Shown piece by piece: positions 1 to 11,984 of a stretch of DNA of 64,000 nucleotides (positions are counted from its first letter, which is position 1; each line of letters begins with the position of its first letter). The translations under genes and the position numbers were made by a program. Under the pieces are notes generated by a model. The model was not told the DNA's origin. It searched no databases and saw only the letters and a list, made by a program, of their open reading frames with translations. The DNA is from an uncultured Gemmatimonadaceae bacterium (GTDB taxonomy: Bacteria; Gemmatimonadota; Gemmatimonadetes; Gemmatimonadales; Gemmatimonadaceae): assembly GCA_963829055.1 (NCBI GenBank), contig CAWHHI010000012.1, positions 32,001-96,000 of the forward strand, written 5' to 3'.

Positions 1-331
1 GCCACGACAGAAACCGCTGGCGCGGCTCTGGTGGGAGAGCCCGGTGGTGGGTAGTTCACCGTGAGAACAGAACTCGTTGCTCATGCGTGGCGCCTAACAC
101 ACGGACAGGAATCTCACCGGAGGCCGGCCGAGCAACTCTATTGCACGTTGGAATCGCGCCCACCTTCGCCGGGGCGGTTGGGGCGCAACGCGCTGTAGAT
201 CGGCTCGTCGCACATCGGGCCTGGACCCCACACGCAAACGTGGTGACTCCGCGGCAGTCCGGGCCGCTGGGCTGCGGATCCGCTACCGTCGCGGCATACT
301 TCCACGACCCCGATCGAGTCTCTGAGCCCGA

Positions 332-1010
332 ATGGCGCCAGACCACATCGTTTTCGTCGTGGACGACGACCAGCGAATCCGCGAATCGCTGGCTCGCTTT
401 TCTTCGAGCTTCGACATGCACGCGGTCGCGTTCGGCTCGGCCGCCGAGTACATCGCGTATCCGAAGCCCGACGTGCCGGCGTGCCTGATTCTGGACGTCG
501 AGCTCCCGGACATCAACGGACTGGACCTGCAGAGCCAGATCGCGCAGGGCGATCATCCGCAGATCGTGTTCATCACCGGACACGGGGACATTCCCTCTTC
601 GGTGCGCGCGATCAAGGCAGGTGCGGTGGACTTTCTGACGAAGCCATTCAAGGAGGCGGATCTGATGCGGGCAATCGAAGCGGCGCTCGCGCAGAATCGC
701 GAAGCGCGAGCGAAAGCGAGCGGAGCTCGCCGATCTGCGACGACGCCTTTCGTCGCTGACGCCGCGCGAACGGGAAGTGCTCCCGCTGGTCGTGAGCGGC
801 CTGCTCAACAAGCAGGCAGCAGCAGAGCTCGGCATCAGCGAGATCACGTTGCAGATTCATCGCGGCAACATCATGAAGAAGATGCGGGCCGGATCCCTTG
901 CCGAGCTGGTCAGAATGGCCGGAACGCTCGAAATACCGATGACCCACTCCCGGCATCGACAAAATGATCAGCCGGCGTCAGACGCCGACTTGCTCGGCGG
1001 GCAGAGGTGA
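332..1010 (+). CDS. FixJ/NarL-family response regulator (REC + LuxR HTH), frameshifted near 715-775
   Basis: ORF 332..967 gives VFVVDDD...LILDVELPDINGLDLQ...FITGHGDIP...AGAVDFLTKP; ORF 777..1010 gives VVSGLLNKQAAAELGISEITLQIHRGNIMKKM. Confidence 0.9.
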
Positions 1011-2579
1011 ATTGAAATACGGCGCCCGCGGGGTGTTCGGAGCAAACCACAACTGCCCTGTGCGCCTCGATGATGGCGCGGCAGATCGACAGACCCATGC
1101 CCATGCCGTCGGACTTGGTCGTGAACAGCGGGTTGAAGATGCGGTCGACGTCCTGCGACGTTGATTCCGGTTCCGGTGTCCGCAACCGATACGATCACGC
1201 GGTCCGTCCTCGTACAGCTCGGACTTCACGCTCAGGATTCTCGGCTCATCCTTCGCCGCCATCGCATCGATGGCGTTCATGATCAGATTGAGAAGCACCT
1301 GCTGAAGCTGAACCCGGTTTCCTCTGACTTCCGGCAGCTGCCTGTTCGGCTCGGCCTGGACGTGATCCGGTGCCTCTGCAGGTCGCCGCGCCGAGGGCCA
1401 GCGCTTCCTGAATGAGCTCGTTGAGGTCGAACGACGGTTCTGTCGCGCGACGTCGTTCTTGAAGTTCGCGCGAATGCTGCCGATTACGTCTCCCGCGCGA
1501 TGACCGTCGGCGACGATTCGCTGGAACGCCTCCTTGGCCTTGTCGAGGTTCGGAGTGGACCGGTCGAGAAAGCGCAAGCCCGCATCGGCAGTCGTGACCA
1601 TCGCGGTCAAGGGCTGCCGAACTTCGTGGGCGATCGACGCCGCCACGGCGTCCCCGGTCATCAAGCGCGCTTCACGTTCGCGACGCTGACGGAGCACGGC
1701 GCCGAGAAGCCCTGCGTACAGCGCCGTGATCTCGTACAGCAGGACCATCAGCACGATGCTGCTGGACAGCAAGCTCGTGACGCGCACCGCATACCAGCCG
1801 GTGCTGAAGCGAGCCGGAACGGGATAGTAGTGTGGAGGTATCTCGATCAGGTACGCGCACAACACGACCATCAGGAAAAGATCGAGAATCGATCGTCGTC
1901 GGAGCCAGAGCACGATGAGCGCCGAGATGCACAGCGAGGCGATCGGCGCGCCGACGACGTAAGGCCACTCCGGAACGAAACGGGTCGCGATCGAGCATGA
2001 TGCGGGGCAATAGGCTCGGCCTCGTATGCACAGCGAATGCTGCGCGCGTCGCGCTCGCTGCGTCCAGGCGACGCTCCGCAGGATCGCGGCCCCGACCTTG
2101 CCTTGCGACAACCGTCTGCTCGGATCCTCGTCCTTCGACAACGCATAGCCGATGACGAACAGCGGGAAGCCGCAGTGCCACAGGAGGTACAGCTGCGCCG
2201 AGGTCTGCAGGCCACCGACGACGCCGTTCGGCGCGAACACGCCTGGAAACGCGAGCACATACGGAACGATGAGCAGCGCGGTAAAGAGATATCCGCTCGC
2301 GATCACGAGAATGGCGCGCGAGCGCAGGATGGAAAACTGCGTGTACAGCAGAATCGCGGTGATCGAATCGGTCACGAACATCGCGGTCGTGTAGACCGCG
2401 ACGAACGAATGGACTTCAGGCAACTGCTTGCCACCGAACGGCCCGATAACCAGGTAGAGGGCGACGCACAGGCCGAGCACGATGCCGAGCAGCGAGTCGC
2501 TTCTGCGCCGGGCTCGGCGGAAGGTTCGAAAGAATGAAATCGTTGTTCTTCGGGGACGGTGGTGATCTGCTTTCAGCAT
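978..2579 (-). CDS. Membrane sensor histidine kinase (MASE4-like TM domain + HisKA + HATPase), frameshifted at the C-terminus
   Basis: Multiple TM helices, H-box SIAHEVRQPL, N-box QVLLNLIMNAIDAM; DTGTGI and FTTKSDGMGMGLSIC in adjacent frames (968..1198, 910..1185). Confidence 0.88.
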   Translation of the reverse strand: MLKADHHRPRRTTISFFRTFRRARRRSDSLLGIVLGLCVALYLVIGPFGGKQLPEVHSFVAVYTTAMFVTDSITAILLYTQFSILRSRAILVIASGYLFTALLIVPYVLAFPGVFAPNGVVGGLQTSAQLYLLWHCGFPLFVIGYALSKDEDPSRRLSQGKVGAAILRSVAWTQRARRAQHSLCIRGRAYCPASCSIATRFVPEWPYVVGAPIASLCISALIVLWLRRRSILDLFLMVVLCAYLIEIPPHYYPVPARFSTGWYAVRVTSLLSSSIVLMVLLYEITALYAGLLGAVLRQRREREARLMTGDAVAASIAHEVRQPLTAMVTTADAGLRFLDRSTPNLDKAKEAFQRIVADGHRAGDVIGSIRANFKNDVARQNRRSTSTSSFRKRWPSARRPAEAPDHVQAEPNRQLPEVRGNRVQLQQVLLNLIMNAIDAMAAKDEPRILSVKSELYEDGPRDRIGCGHRNRNQRRRTSTASSTRCSRPSPTAWAWVCRSAAPSSRRTGQLWFAPNTPRAPYFNSPLPAEQVGV

Positions 2580-2589
2580 CGCGGCGGCT

Positions 2590-3039
2590 TTATGAGGAAG
2601 ATCTCCACCAGCTGGTCGCCAGGCACGGATGGTACGCCCTAGCGCCGCGTTGTCGAGAAAACTGCGTTAGTGCCTCGTTGATCGGCGGAGAGAAGCTCTG
2701 GCCCTTGAAACGGTTTGGTGAAGAATCGGGCTGTCTCCCACCAAAACCCGGTAATCGGTTCAGCGTTTCGGGATAACCCGTGATGAGAATGGTAGGCAAC
2801 CCGGGGCGTGCGGCATGAACTTGTCGCAGCAGCTCGAAGCCTTCCATGCCGGGCACATCGATGTCCGAGATCAAACAATCGATCTTGGGCAGGCATCCAC
2901 TGTCCAGGAAATCCCTGCCGGAAGCGAACAGGCGCACGGCGTAATCCGCGGATTCGAGAAGGTATTCGAGCGACCGCAGCACGCTCTGGTCGTCATCGAC
3001 CACTGCGACGATTGACCAGGAAGAGCGCTTCAGCCATGG
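2590..3039 (-). CDS. Single-domain response regulator (receiver)
   Basis: VVDDDQSVLRSLEYLLESADYAV...LISDIDVPGMEGFELL...ILITG; start approximate. Confidence 0.85.
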   Translation of the reverse strand, partial: PWLKRSSWSIVAVVDDDQSVLRSLEYLLESADYAVRLFASGRDFLDSGCLPKIDCLISDIDVPGMEGFELLRQVHAARPGLPTILITGYPETLNRLPGFGGRQPDSSPNRFKGQSFSPPINEALTQFSRQRGARAYHPCLATSWWRSSS

Positions 3040-3170
3040 AGTCCTCGGTGTGAAACGGACGATGTAGCCGCCCCAATTCTGTGCGGGTGCGGCGCCGGAG
3101 TAACTAATGGAAACCTATGATTGCCCGACACGATTGATCCGCGGACCATGCTTGGGAGCGAGAGGAACGT

Positions 3171-3789
3171 ATGGCCGGCGTAGAACCAACTGTGTTCGTT
3201 GTGGACGACGACATTTCGGTGCGCGAATCATTGAAGTTGCTCATCGAGTCGGCCGGTTGGCTCCGGAAATATTCGGGTCCGGACATCAATTTCTGGCGCG
3301 TCCGCGCGTGCTGAAGCCGAGCTGCTTGCTGCTCGACTCCGTCCTCCCGGATATCAGTGGTTACGATCTCCAGAATCTGCTCGCCGATCGCACCGAAATG
3401 CCGATCATCTTCATCACCGGTTACGGCGATGTGCCGGCAACAACCCGTGCCATGAAAGCCGGCGCCGTGGATTTTTTACCAAGCCGATCGCCGACGACAT
3501 GCTTTTGCAAGCGATTCGTGACGCGATCGACCGAAGCACGGAAGTGCTGAGCAACACCGAGCACATGCGAGTGCTCAGGGACAGCTACGCATCGCTCAGC
3601 AGTCGGCAACGGGAGGTAATGGCGCTCGTCGTCAGTGGCTGTTTGAACAAGCAGGCGGGAGGCGAGCTCGGAATCAGCGAAATCACCGTGAAGGCGCATC
3701 GCGGCGAAGTGATGCGCAAGATGAACGCCGCTTCCTTGCCCGATCTCGTGAGAATGGCCGCGCGGCTCGGCCTCCAGGACGCACGTTAG
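3171..3789 (+). CDS. FixJ/NarL-family response regulator, frameshifted
   Basis: ATG at 3171 reads MAGVEPTVFVVDDDISVRESL; later frames give IIFITGYGDVP...AGAVDF and LSSRQREVMALVVSGCLNKQAGGELGISEITVKAHRG. Confidence 0.88.
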
Positions 3790-3814
3790 GCGCGGTGCCG
3801 CCGATCAGACGTCA

Positions 3815-4931
3815 TCAGCCGAATGTGAACGCGTAGCCCGCTACGCCTGCATCCAGAAACTCGATTTCAACTCGCCGCTCGGTGATCAGTAGCGGCTGAC
3901 GAATCAACTGGTACAGCCGCTGATATGTCAATGTGCCATTGCCCTGCTCGTCGACGTCGAAGCCGTGCGCTGCGCCTGCCGACTGGCCATCGATGAGCAC
4001 CCGAAAGTCGATAGACTTCCCCGGCGTCGTTGGTCCCATGACGAGATTCACGTCCCGCGCGTGAAACTGAAGCACGACGCGGCCGCTCGCCATCGTTCAA
4101 CACGACTGGCTCGTTCTCGAACGTCCAGCGGCCGGTGAGCGCCCACTGATTGAGCTTTAGCTGCGTAGGCGCGGTATAGGCGTGCGCGTTGCCCGCGCAC
4201 GGCGCCACCCGGCGACGCAAAGCTCTGGGTGCGGGCTCCCGAGGTAGCTCTCGGGCGACCGCAGGTCGTCCAAATCGGCTGCCACCTCAGCACCGCGCGG
4301 GTCCGCGGCGATCAGGTCGCCACTAACGTCTCTGGCGCCTGCCTCCGTTCAATAGCTGTTGCAGAACGCGCTCGGATTCGTTATACGCGCCCTCGCCGAA
4401 GTGGTGGTGCCGAATACGACCCATGGCATCCACGAGGAGTACAGCGCTGGCCAGTAATTGTTTCGAAAACGCGTTCCAGACCGCGTACTCGTTGTCGATC
4501 GCGATCGGATAGCTGACTCGCATGTCTTGCGCCGCGCGGCGGAGGTTGCCGATGTTGTGCTCGAATGAGAACTCAGGAGTGTGCACACCAAGCACGACCA
4601 GGCCCTGGTCCCGGTATTTCTCCGCCCACGCGCGGACATACGGTAGCTGCCGCAGCCAGTTGATGCAGGTGTACGTCCAGAAGTTGACGAGCACCACCTT
4701 CCCGCGACGCGCCGGCGGTCGTCAAAGGCGGCGAATTGAGCCACGCGCTTGCGGTCCGCAGCGAGGCGAGCTGGCCTTCACTGGCAGCGTTTCGCTCGAG
4801 CGCGTCGTCTGGTGTGCGAAACGAGGTAGAGGCCGAGTCCAATGCCGGCCATGGCAGCGGCTCCTGCGCCCAAGAGGCGGCGGCGGTCGTGATCGATGGA
4901 GTGTGACTTATCGATGTGTCGGTGTTGCCAA
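3815..4931 (-). CDS. DipZ-like thioredoxin/redoxin protein (Trx domain + C-terminal DipZ domain) with Tat-like leader, frameshifted
   Basis: WLNSPPLT, VLVNFWTYTCINWLRQLPYV, VHTPEFSFEH, C-terminal RLYQLIRQ...YAFTFG; leader DRRRLLGAGAAA. Confidence 0.85.
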
Positions 4932-4947
4932 TCCGGTTGTGGTCGAG

Positions 4948-6035
4948 CTACTCGATCCGCAGGCTCTGCTCCATCGCGTAGCACTACATCTACGACATAG
5001 ACGTCGAATGCGGCGAGCCGCGTCGACCACTCGGGCGTGAGGGCGTTCGACGCACTGACCACGACACGGTCGATGTAGTTGTCGAAGACCGCCCACGGGT
5101 TGGACACTGGTCGACGCGGGTCCGATATCCTACGCCGGGCTTGGTGCGTAGCCAGCGCCGTCCTGCCGCCTGCTTCACGTCCTCCAATGAACTCGGCCTG
5201 GACGTCCACGTCGGCATTGGTACCCGTGCGGCGCGACGTGGCCACCCACCAGCGTGTCCCAGTCCAGCTTCGCGGATCTCTTCGACCTGGGCGAAATAAG
5301 CCTGGAACGTCCTGGGCGACGCGCGAACCGGCGCCACGGCATCCAGCCCGGGAAGACCACGTCGACGACCATCAGCACCCGCTGCGCGGGCGCGGAGATG
5401 AAGATGTTCCCGGCTCGTGCCCGTTGCCGTGGTACGAGAGCTCGAGCACCTGGCCGCCGACGCGCGAGCGTGTAACGGTCGGCGGAACGTCACCGTCGGC
5501 AGCGGCCGGTTCGGATCCGCGACGCGCGTGAGCAGCCGGAGCGGTCTCCTCGTGCGCGATGATGACGGGCTGACCGCCAAGGCCTTCGCTGCCGCCGATG
5601 TGATCGATGTGCGAGTGGCTGTAGACGACGTGCGTGATCGGCTTGGTCGTGACTTCGGCGATGGCCTGCGGAATGTGCGCCGCGTAGACTGGGGGCGCAT
5701 CGATCACCACGACGCCGTTTTCGTGCACCAGGAACATCGACTGGTACGCGCCTTCGGTCAGCATGTGAAGGCCGCTCCCGAGGTCCTGGCAGGCGGTAAC
5801 CTTTGGCCGGGATCGATGGCCGGCCCCTGGGCCGACGCGGGCACGTCCATGTACTTGCCGGTCCTTTCCCCGATTGGCGCGATCACGGGCATCTGCGGAT
5901 ACGGCTCTCCCACCGCCCCCTGAACGCTACCCTCTTCGCGTGATGCCGCCTTGGTGTCGGCGACGCACCCACAGATGCTCGCGACGGCATGCCTAACGTG
6001 ATGGCACGAGCGGCGACTCCGACTGCGGTTGACAT
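4948..6035 (-). CDS. MBL-fold metallo-hydrolase, frameshifted
   Basis: YQSMFLVHENGVVVIDAPP...VVYSHSHIDHIGG (HxHxDH), HEPG, VDVVFPGWMPW, LVGGHV; ends MEQSLRIE*. Confidence 0.85.
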
Positions 6036-6309
6036 GTGATTCACCAGTGTGAATGTGTGACCTTATGGACTGGGAGGACTCGGTGCCTAACACACGAAGG
6101 CGACATTACCCGAAACCGATGCGCCGCTCTATTGCACGATGGTATCGACCGGACAGGCGGCATTGGCGCCAGGGCGTACGAGAGAGGCCCCGGCGCGACT
6201 GGCGGAGGCTCTCTCGTAAGTGCCGCGTCAACTGGCTGCTGGCAGTGCGCGCAGCGTGGAGGATCGAGGCGTTAGGCTTGCCATGCTGTAGCCGTCCCGC
6301 GGCGGCGTG

Positions 6310-6800
6310 ACGTGCGTCGCCCGATCGGCGGCAGCGACAGCTCGAGTCCATCGCCATCGTAACCAGGTCGGCCAGCGATTCCGCCCGCATTTGCGCATCA
6401 CCTTCCGGGGTGTGCCTCACGGTGATCTCGCTGATACCTAACGCCGCACCGACCTGCTGTTCAGTGGCCGCGACCCGCGCCATCACCTCCTGTTCGCGGC
6501 TGCGTGAGGCATCCGTCCGGAGTTCGATCAACGTGTTCCTCACTGAGCACCGGCGGCTCGGGCGATCGCGTGACCAATGGCGCCGAGGAGCACATCGTCG
6601 CCAGTGGCTTCAACAGAAACTCGGTCGCGCCCGCCTCATCGCCCGATCGGTCGTCGAATGTCACTCTCACCAGTGACCACGATCACCGGCGTCTCCCTGC
6701 GCTCGCCAGCGACGCGCCGCAGCAGTCGAACCTGGAGCTCGAACCCGGCAACATCCAGCCCAGCAGCGGAACAGCAGCGCCGGACGCGCGAGAAGCTCGG
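6310..6800 (-). pseudogene. Decayed FixJ-family response regulator remnant
   Basis: Fragments GATEFLLKP, REQEVMARV, LGISEITV, MRAESLADLVTMA spread across frames with apparent deletions. Confidence 0.6.
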
Positions 6801-6898
6801 TGACGGATCCGAATGTCGTTAGCAGGCTACCGCGACGGCGACCTGACGGATTCAATGGCACGGGATCGAGGGAGTCGGCGAGATGCCGCTCCCGGCGC

Positions 6899-7304
6899 TC
6901 ACTTGACCAGCGCGACGAGCGGCTTCCCTTTTTCAACGATATACGTGGCGAGCTCCGTCGCCTTACGGTTGCCGGTGTTCTTCGCCGCGTGGATCGTTCC
7001 GCCGGGATGAACAAGGCCTCGCCGGCCTGGAGCGTCACCGGCGGCTTGCCCTCTCGACCTGATACTCCAGCGAGCCTTCGAGGACGTAGGCGATCTCTTG
7101 GCCCGGATTGCGTGTGCTCTGTGCCGAACGCCACTCCCGGTCGAGCTCGACGCGCACCTGGACGACCTCGCGTCCGGGGACGCCGAGATCGTGCCGCTGG
7201 AGCTCGGTGCGCCTGATTCCCGTCTGCTGCGCCCGCGCCACGTACAGCGCCAGACCGCTTCCGGCGATCAGCACCGCTACCGCTACGATTCGCTTCGTTT
7301 TCAT
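6899..7304 (-). CDS. Secreted cupin-domain protein, frameshifted
   Basis: Signal peptide MKTKRIVAVAVLIAG, RTELQRHDLGVPGREVVQVRV, EIAYVLEGSLEYQVE, VTLQAGEALFIP. Confidence 0.85.
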
Positions 7305-7314
7305 CTGGACCCCT

Positions 7315-8734
7315 CTACCGCAACGACTTGAACGCCGCACGCAGCTCCGCCGCGAACAGCTCCGGGTGCTCCCACATGGCGAAGTGGCCGCCCCGGTCGG
7401 CCTCGTGGAAGTAGATCAGGTTGGGGAAGGCGCGCCGGGCCCACGTCTCCGGGGCGCGAAAGATCTCGTCCGGAAACACCGTGATGGCCACCGGGACCGT
7501 GATCTCGTCGGTCTTCTGGGCGCCCGCACTGATCAGGTTCGGTCCCGGTTCTCCCAGTAGAGCCGCGCCGACGAGGCGGCGGTGTTCGTCAGCCAGTACA
7601 GCGAGAAGTTGTCCAGCACGTCGTCTCTCGTCGGCGACTGTTGGGATCCTTGCCGTACGTCCACTTCGCGAACCCCCGGTGCACGAGCATCCACCCCGCG
7701 AGGCCGGCGGGGGAGTCCGTCAGGCCGTAGCCGACGGCCTGCGGCCGCGCGCCCATCATCGTCAGGTAGGCCAGGCCCCCGTTCTGGACGATACGCTCCC
7801 AGGTCGTCGAACGCCGCGCGTTCCTTCTCGGAGAGTCGCCGCCGCGCGGACCCGCGCCGCCGAGCGCCGCCGCCTACGTCGGGCGTGAATCACCGCCGGC
7901 AAGTTGGTGTGGATGCCGAGCAGTCCTGCCGGCGCCTGCCGCCCCATCGCCTGGACGACCCCGCGCCCCAGTCGCCGCCCTGCGCGACGTAGCGCGTGTA
8001 CCCCAGCCGCTTCATGAGGACGTCCCACGCGCGGCCGATGCGCTCCAGCCCCCAGCCCGCCTCGGTCGGCCGCGCCGAGAAGCCGAAGCCCGGCAGCGAC
8101 GGGATCACGACGTCGAAGGCGTCCTCCGCCCGGCCGCCGTACGTCGTCGGATCGGTGAGCGGACCGATGAGCTTGATCTGCTCGAAGACCGAGCCCGGCC
8201 ACCCGTGCGTGATGATCAGCGGCAGCGCGTTCGGGTGGCGCGAGCGGACGTGGATGAAGTGGATGTCCACGCCGTCGATGTTCGTCATGAACTGCGGGAA
8301 GGCGTTGAGCTTCGCCTCGGCCTTGCGCCAGTCGTAGTCGGTCGCCCCAGTAGCGGACGAGCTCCTGGAGCGTTCGCGAGCTGCACGCCCTGCGACTGAT
8401 CGGCGACCGTCTCCTTGTCGGGCCAGCGGGTCGCCGCGAGCCGCCGGCGGAGGTCGGCGAGGTCCTCGTCCGACACGCTGACGCGGAAGGGCGGATGGAC
8501 GTGTCGGTTCGCCAGGGTTGTCCGCCGCGACGGCGCCGGTGGCGAGCTCGCCAGAACTTGCTCCGAGCACTGGCGCGCGAGCGTTGCGAGCGCGGTGACT
8601 TCGGTGTGCGCGGTTCGCTGACAGCGACGCGGAAAGGCAAGCTGAAGGCCCAGCGAAAGGAATGACGGCAATGGTGACTGTTCAGCGACTCCGCGAAGGA
8701 GGTGAGAGTGGTCGTAGTTGTTCGTGCGAAGCAC
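7315..8734 (-). CDS. Epoxide hydrolase (EHN + alpha/beta hydrolase), copy 1, frameshifted
   Basis: TRWPDKETV, YDWRKAEAKLNAFPQF, ITHGWPGS, VVIPSLPGFGFS, VAQGGDWG; start approximate. Confidence 0.88.
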
Positions 8735-8782
8735 GTGCTGTCGCGTGTCAACGCAGACCGGACCGCCGGCGGACGATGCGCA

Positions 8783-10133
8783 TCAGACACGCGCGATCGT
8801 ATGGAGACCGCTTCGAGAGCGAACGACTTGAACGCCGCACGCAGTTCTGCACGCGAAGAGCTGCGGCTGCTCCCACGCCGCGAAGTGGCCGCCCTTGTCG
8901 AGCTTGTTGTAGTAGATGAGCTTGGGATAGGCCCGCTCGGTCCAGCTCCGCGGAGCCTCGTATTGCTCGCCGGGAAAGACGCTCACGGCCACCGGAATGG
9001 CGACGCCCTTGGCGTTGAAGAAGCCGCCCTTGTATTCCCAATAGAGACGAGACGCAGAGACGCCCGTGTTCGTCAGCCAGTAGAGCGTGATGTTGTCGAG
9101 GATCTCGTCGCGCGTCAGTTCGCCGGTGGCGCTCGTGGTCCGGTTCAGCGCCGAGGCGACCGCCGCCGCCGGCTGGCCATCGGCGTCATTGTGGTCGAGA
9201 AGCCAGGCGGCGAGGCCGACGGGTGAATCCGCAATGCCGTACAGGGTTTGCGGACGCGACGCCATCAGCCTCGCGTAGTCGACTTGCTTGAACGTTCGGA
9301 CCAGCTGCTCGTACGCGCGCTGTTCGTCGGCTGAGAGACCCGACGGCGCCGGGCCGCCGGCCAGGAGCGCCTTGTCGACGTCAGCTGGAACGGTGGCCGG
9401 CATGTTGGTGTGGATGGCGAGCAATCCCGCAGGCGCCTGCAAGCCCATCTGGTCGACGACAAACGCGCCCCAGTCGCCGCCCTGGGCGACGTAGCGCGTG
9501 TAGCCGAGGCGCTTCATCAGCTCTGCCCACGCTCGGCCCATGCGCTCGGGGCCCCAGCCGGTGCTCGTCGGCTTGCCGGAGAAGCCGTAGCCCGGCATCG
9601 ACGGGATGACGACATCGAAGGCGTCCGCCGCCTTGCCGCCGTGCGCCGTCGGATCGGTCAGCGGATCGATGATCTTCATCTGCTCGAGGACCGAGCCGGG
9701 CCAGCCGTGCGTGACGATCAGCGGCAGCGCATTCTCGTGCTTCGACCGAACGTGGATGAAATGAATGTCCAGCCCGTCGATCGTCGGTGATGAACTGCGG
9801 CAAGGCGTTCAGCTTCGCCTCCACCTTGCGCCAGTCGTAGTCCGTCGCCCAGTAGCGCGCGAGTTCCCGCATCGTCGCGAGCGGCACGCCCTGCGAGTGA
9901 TCGGTGACGGTCTCCTTTTCGGGCCATTGCGTGGCGGCGATGCGCCGGCGGAGGTCGGTGAGTGCGTCCTCCGGAATGTTGACGCGGAAGGGGCGGATCG
10001 AGACGTCTTCCGCCGCTGCGCGGAGCGTCCCCCGGGGAGTGCTGATGGCCGCGGCGGCAGCCGTACGGCCAGTAGTTCGCGCCGTGTGGGCGATAGCGAT
10101 ATTGCTGAATGAATCTCCTGTGTTTCGATCCAT
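8783..10133 (-). CDS. Epoxide hydrolase, copy 2, frameshifted
   Basis: QWPEKETVTDHSQGVPL, PSMPGYGFS, AQGGDWG, DSPVGLAAW, GGHFAAWEQP. Confidence 0.9.
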
Positions 10134-10634
10134 TCCGATGCCGTGCACAGATCGACGTACCGGAAGGCAAAACTGCTAAACGATGGTATTGGCAATACTT
10201 GGGTGGCGGAATCTTCATGGTTGAACCTCCTTGCCGGGCGAATAGAACGTCGCCGTTTGTCCGGTAAAGACGTTGCCCTCGGCGTCACCAACTCGACCGT
10301 ACCTTGTGCTGGCCGCGCGGAATGCCCACGAGGATAATGGTGTTGCTCTGACCGTAGTCCGCCCCGCCAAGGCAGATCGTCGACGGTGAAGGGGCGGATG
10401 CCCGATCCGCGGCGAACTGCGGCGGCGCGCCGGCCGGCAGGGATGCGAGGTTTCCGGGGCTGCCATCCCTGAGCCAGGGGGTGGGGAGCGGCGATCGCGA
10501 TCATCCTGGGCTGGCGAGCGTCCTCGCTGAGCTAGGTATCATTGCCTTTCTCTCGCGCTTGGAGATTCGCTAGCGGGCTAATCGCCAGGCGGGGGGTGAC
10601 GCGCACGTCCGGCGCGTCACCCTCCGCCCAACCT

Positions 10635-11984
10635 TCACGTCCGCAACGTCTTGAACGATGCGCGCACCTCATCGGTGAAGTAGCTCTCGGCTGCTCCCAC
10701 GCCGCGAAGTGGCCGCCCTTTGGGGAGCGTGCTGTAATGCAGATCAGCTTCGGGATACGCGCGCTCGGCCCAGCTCTTCGGCGCGGCGTAGATCTCGTCG
10801 GGAAAGACGGTCACGGCGACCGGGATCGTGACGTTCCTCGGCGTCGAAGAAGCCCGCCTTCGCCGTTTGCTGGTGTCCCAGTAGAGGCGGGCCGACGAGA
10901 TCGCCGTGTTCGTCAGCCAGTAGAGCGTGATGTTGTCGAGAATGTCGTCCGGCGTGAGGCCCTCGGGCTGTCCGTCGAAGACGCGCGCGATGAGCGCGTA
11001 ACTGCGCGCGTCGTGGTCGAGCATCCACGCCGCCAGCCCGACCGGTGAATCCGCGATCGCGTAGAGCGTCTGCGGACGGAGCGCCATCTCGTTGGCGTAG
11101 CCCAGGCCGTTCTTGTAGAAGAAGTCGAGCTGGTCCCACGCGTTGCGTTCGTCAGCCGAGAGGGTCGACGGCGGCGGCTCGCCGCATCGCGAGCGCCTTC
11201 GCGATCTCGGGCGGAACCGTCGCCGCCATGTTGGTGGAAATGCCGAGCAATTCCGGCGGCGCCTGCAGCGCCATCTGCTCCGAGACGGCATTGCCCCAGT
11301 CGCCGCCCTGCGCCACGAATCTCGTGTAGCCGAGGCGCTTCATCAGCGTCGTCCACGCGCGTGCGATGCGCGGCGGATCCCACCCGGGCGCCGTCGGCTT
11401 GCCCGAAAATCCGTAGCCCGGCAGCGACGGGATCACGACGTCGAACGCGTCCTCGGCCTTGCCGCCGTGCGCAGTCGGATCGGTGAGCGGGTCGATGATC
11501 TTCAACTGCTCGATGATCGAGCCGGGCCAGCCGTGCGTGATGATCACCGGCAGCGCATTCATTTGCTTCGACCTCACGTGAATGAAGTGAATGTCGAGCC
11601 CGTCGATCTCGGTGATGAATTGCGGGAGCGCGTTCAGCTTCGCCTCGCACTTGCGCCAGTCGTAGTCCGTGGCCCAGTAGCGCGCGAGCTTCTGCATCGT
11701 CGCGAGCTGCACACCCTGCGATTCATCATTGACCGTTTCTCGCTCCGGCCACTTTGTCGCCGTGATGCGCCGGCGAAGGTCCGTGAGATCCGCCTTCGAA
11801 ACGGTGACACGAAACGGACGGATCTCGGTTTGCTCTCTGCCCGTTTCGACTGCCGTCATCACGTCAGTCATGGCGTTCACCCTCCTGAGGGAGACGCGAG
11901 CAGACCGCGTTGGCCTGCGGCAACGGTTGCCGCTGCTGCAGTAAGGAAGCGACGTCGGTCGAGGTTGCCCTGCGTTTCTGACAT
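10635..11984 (-). CDS. Epoxide hydrolase, copy 3, with Tat-like leader, frameshifted
   Basis: KWPERETVNDESQGVQL, THGWPGS, AQGGDWG, DSPVGLAAW; upstream frame MSETQGNLDRRRFLTAAAATVAA. Confidence 0.9.
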
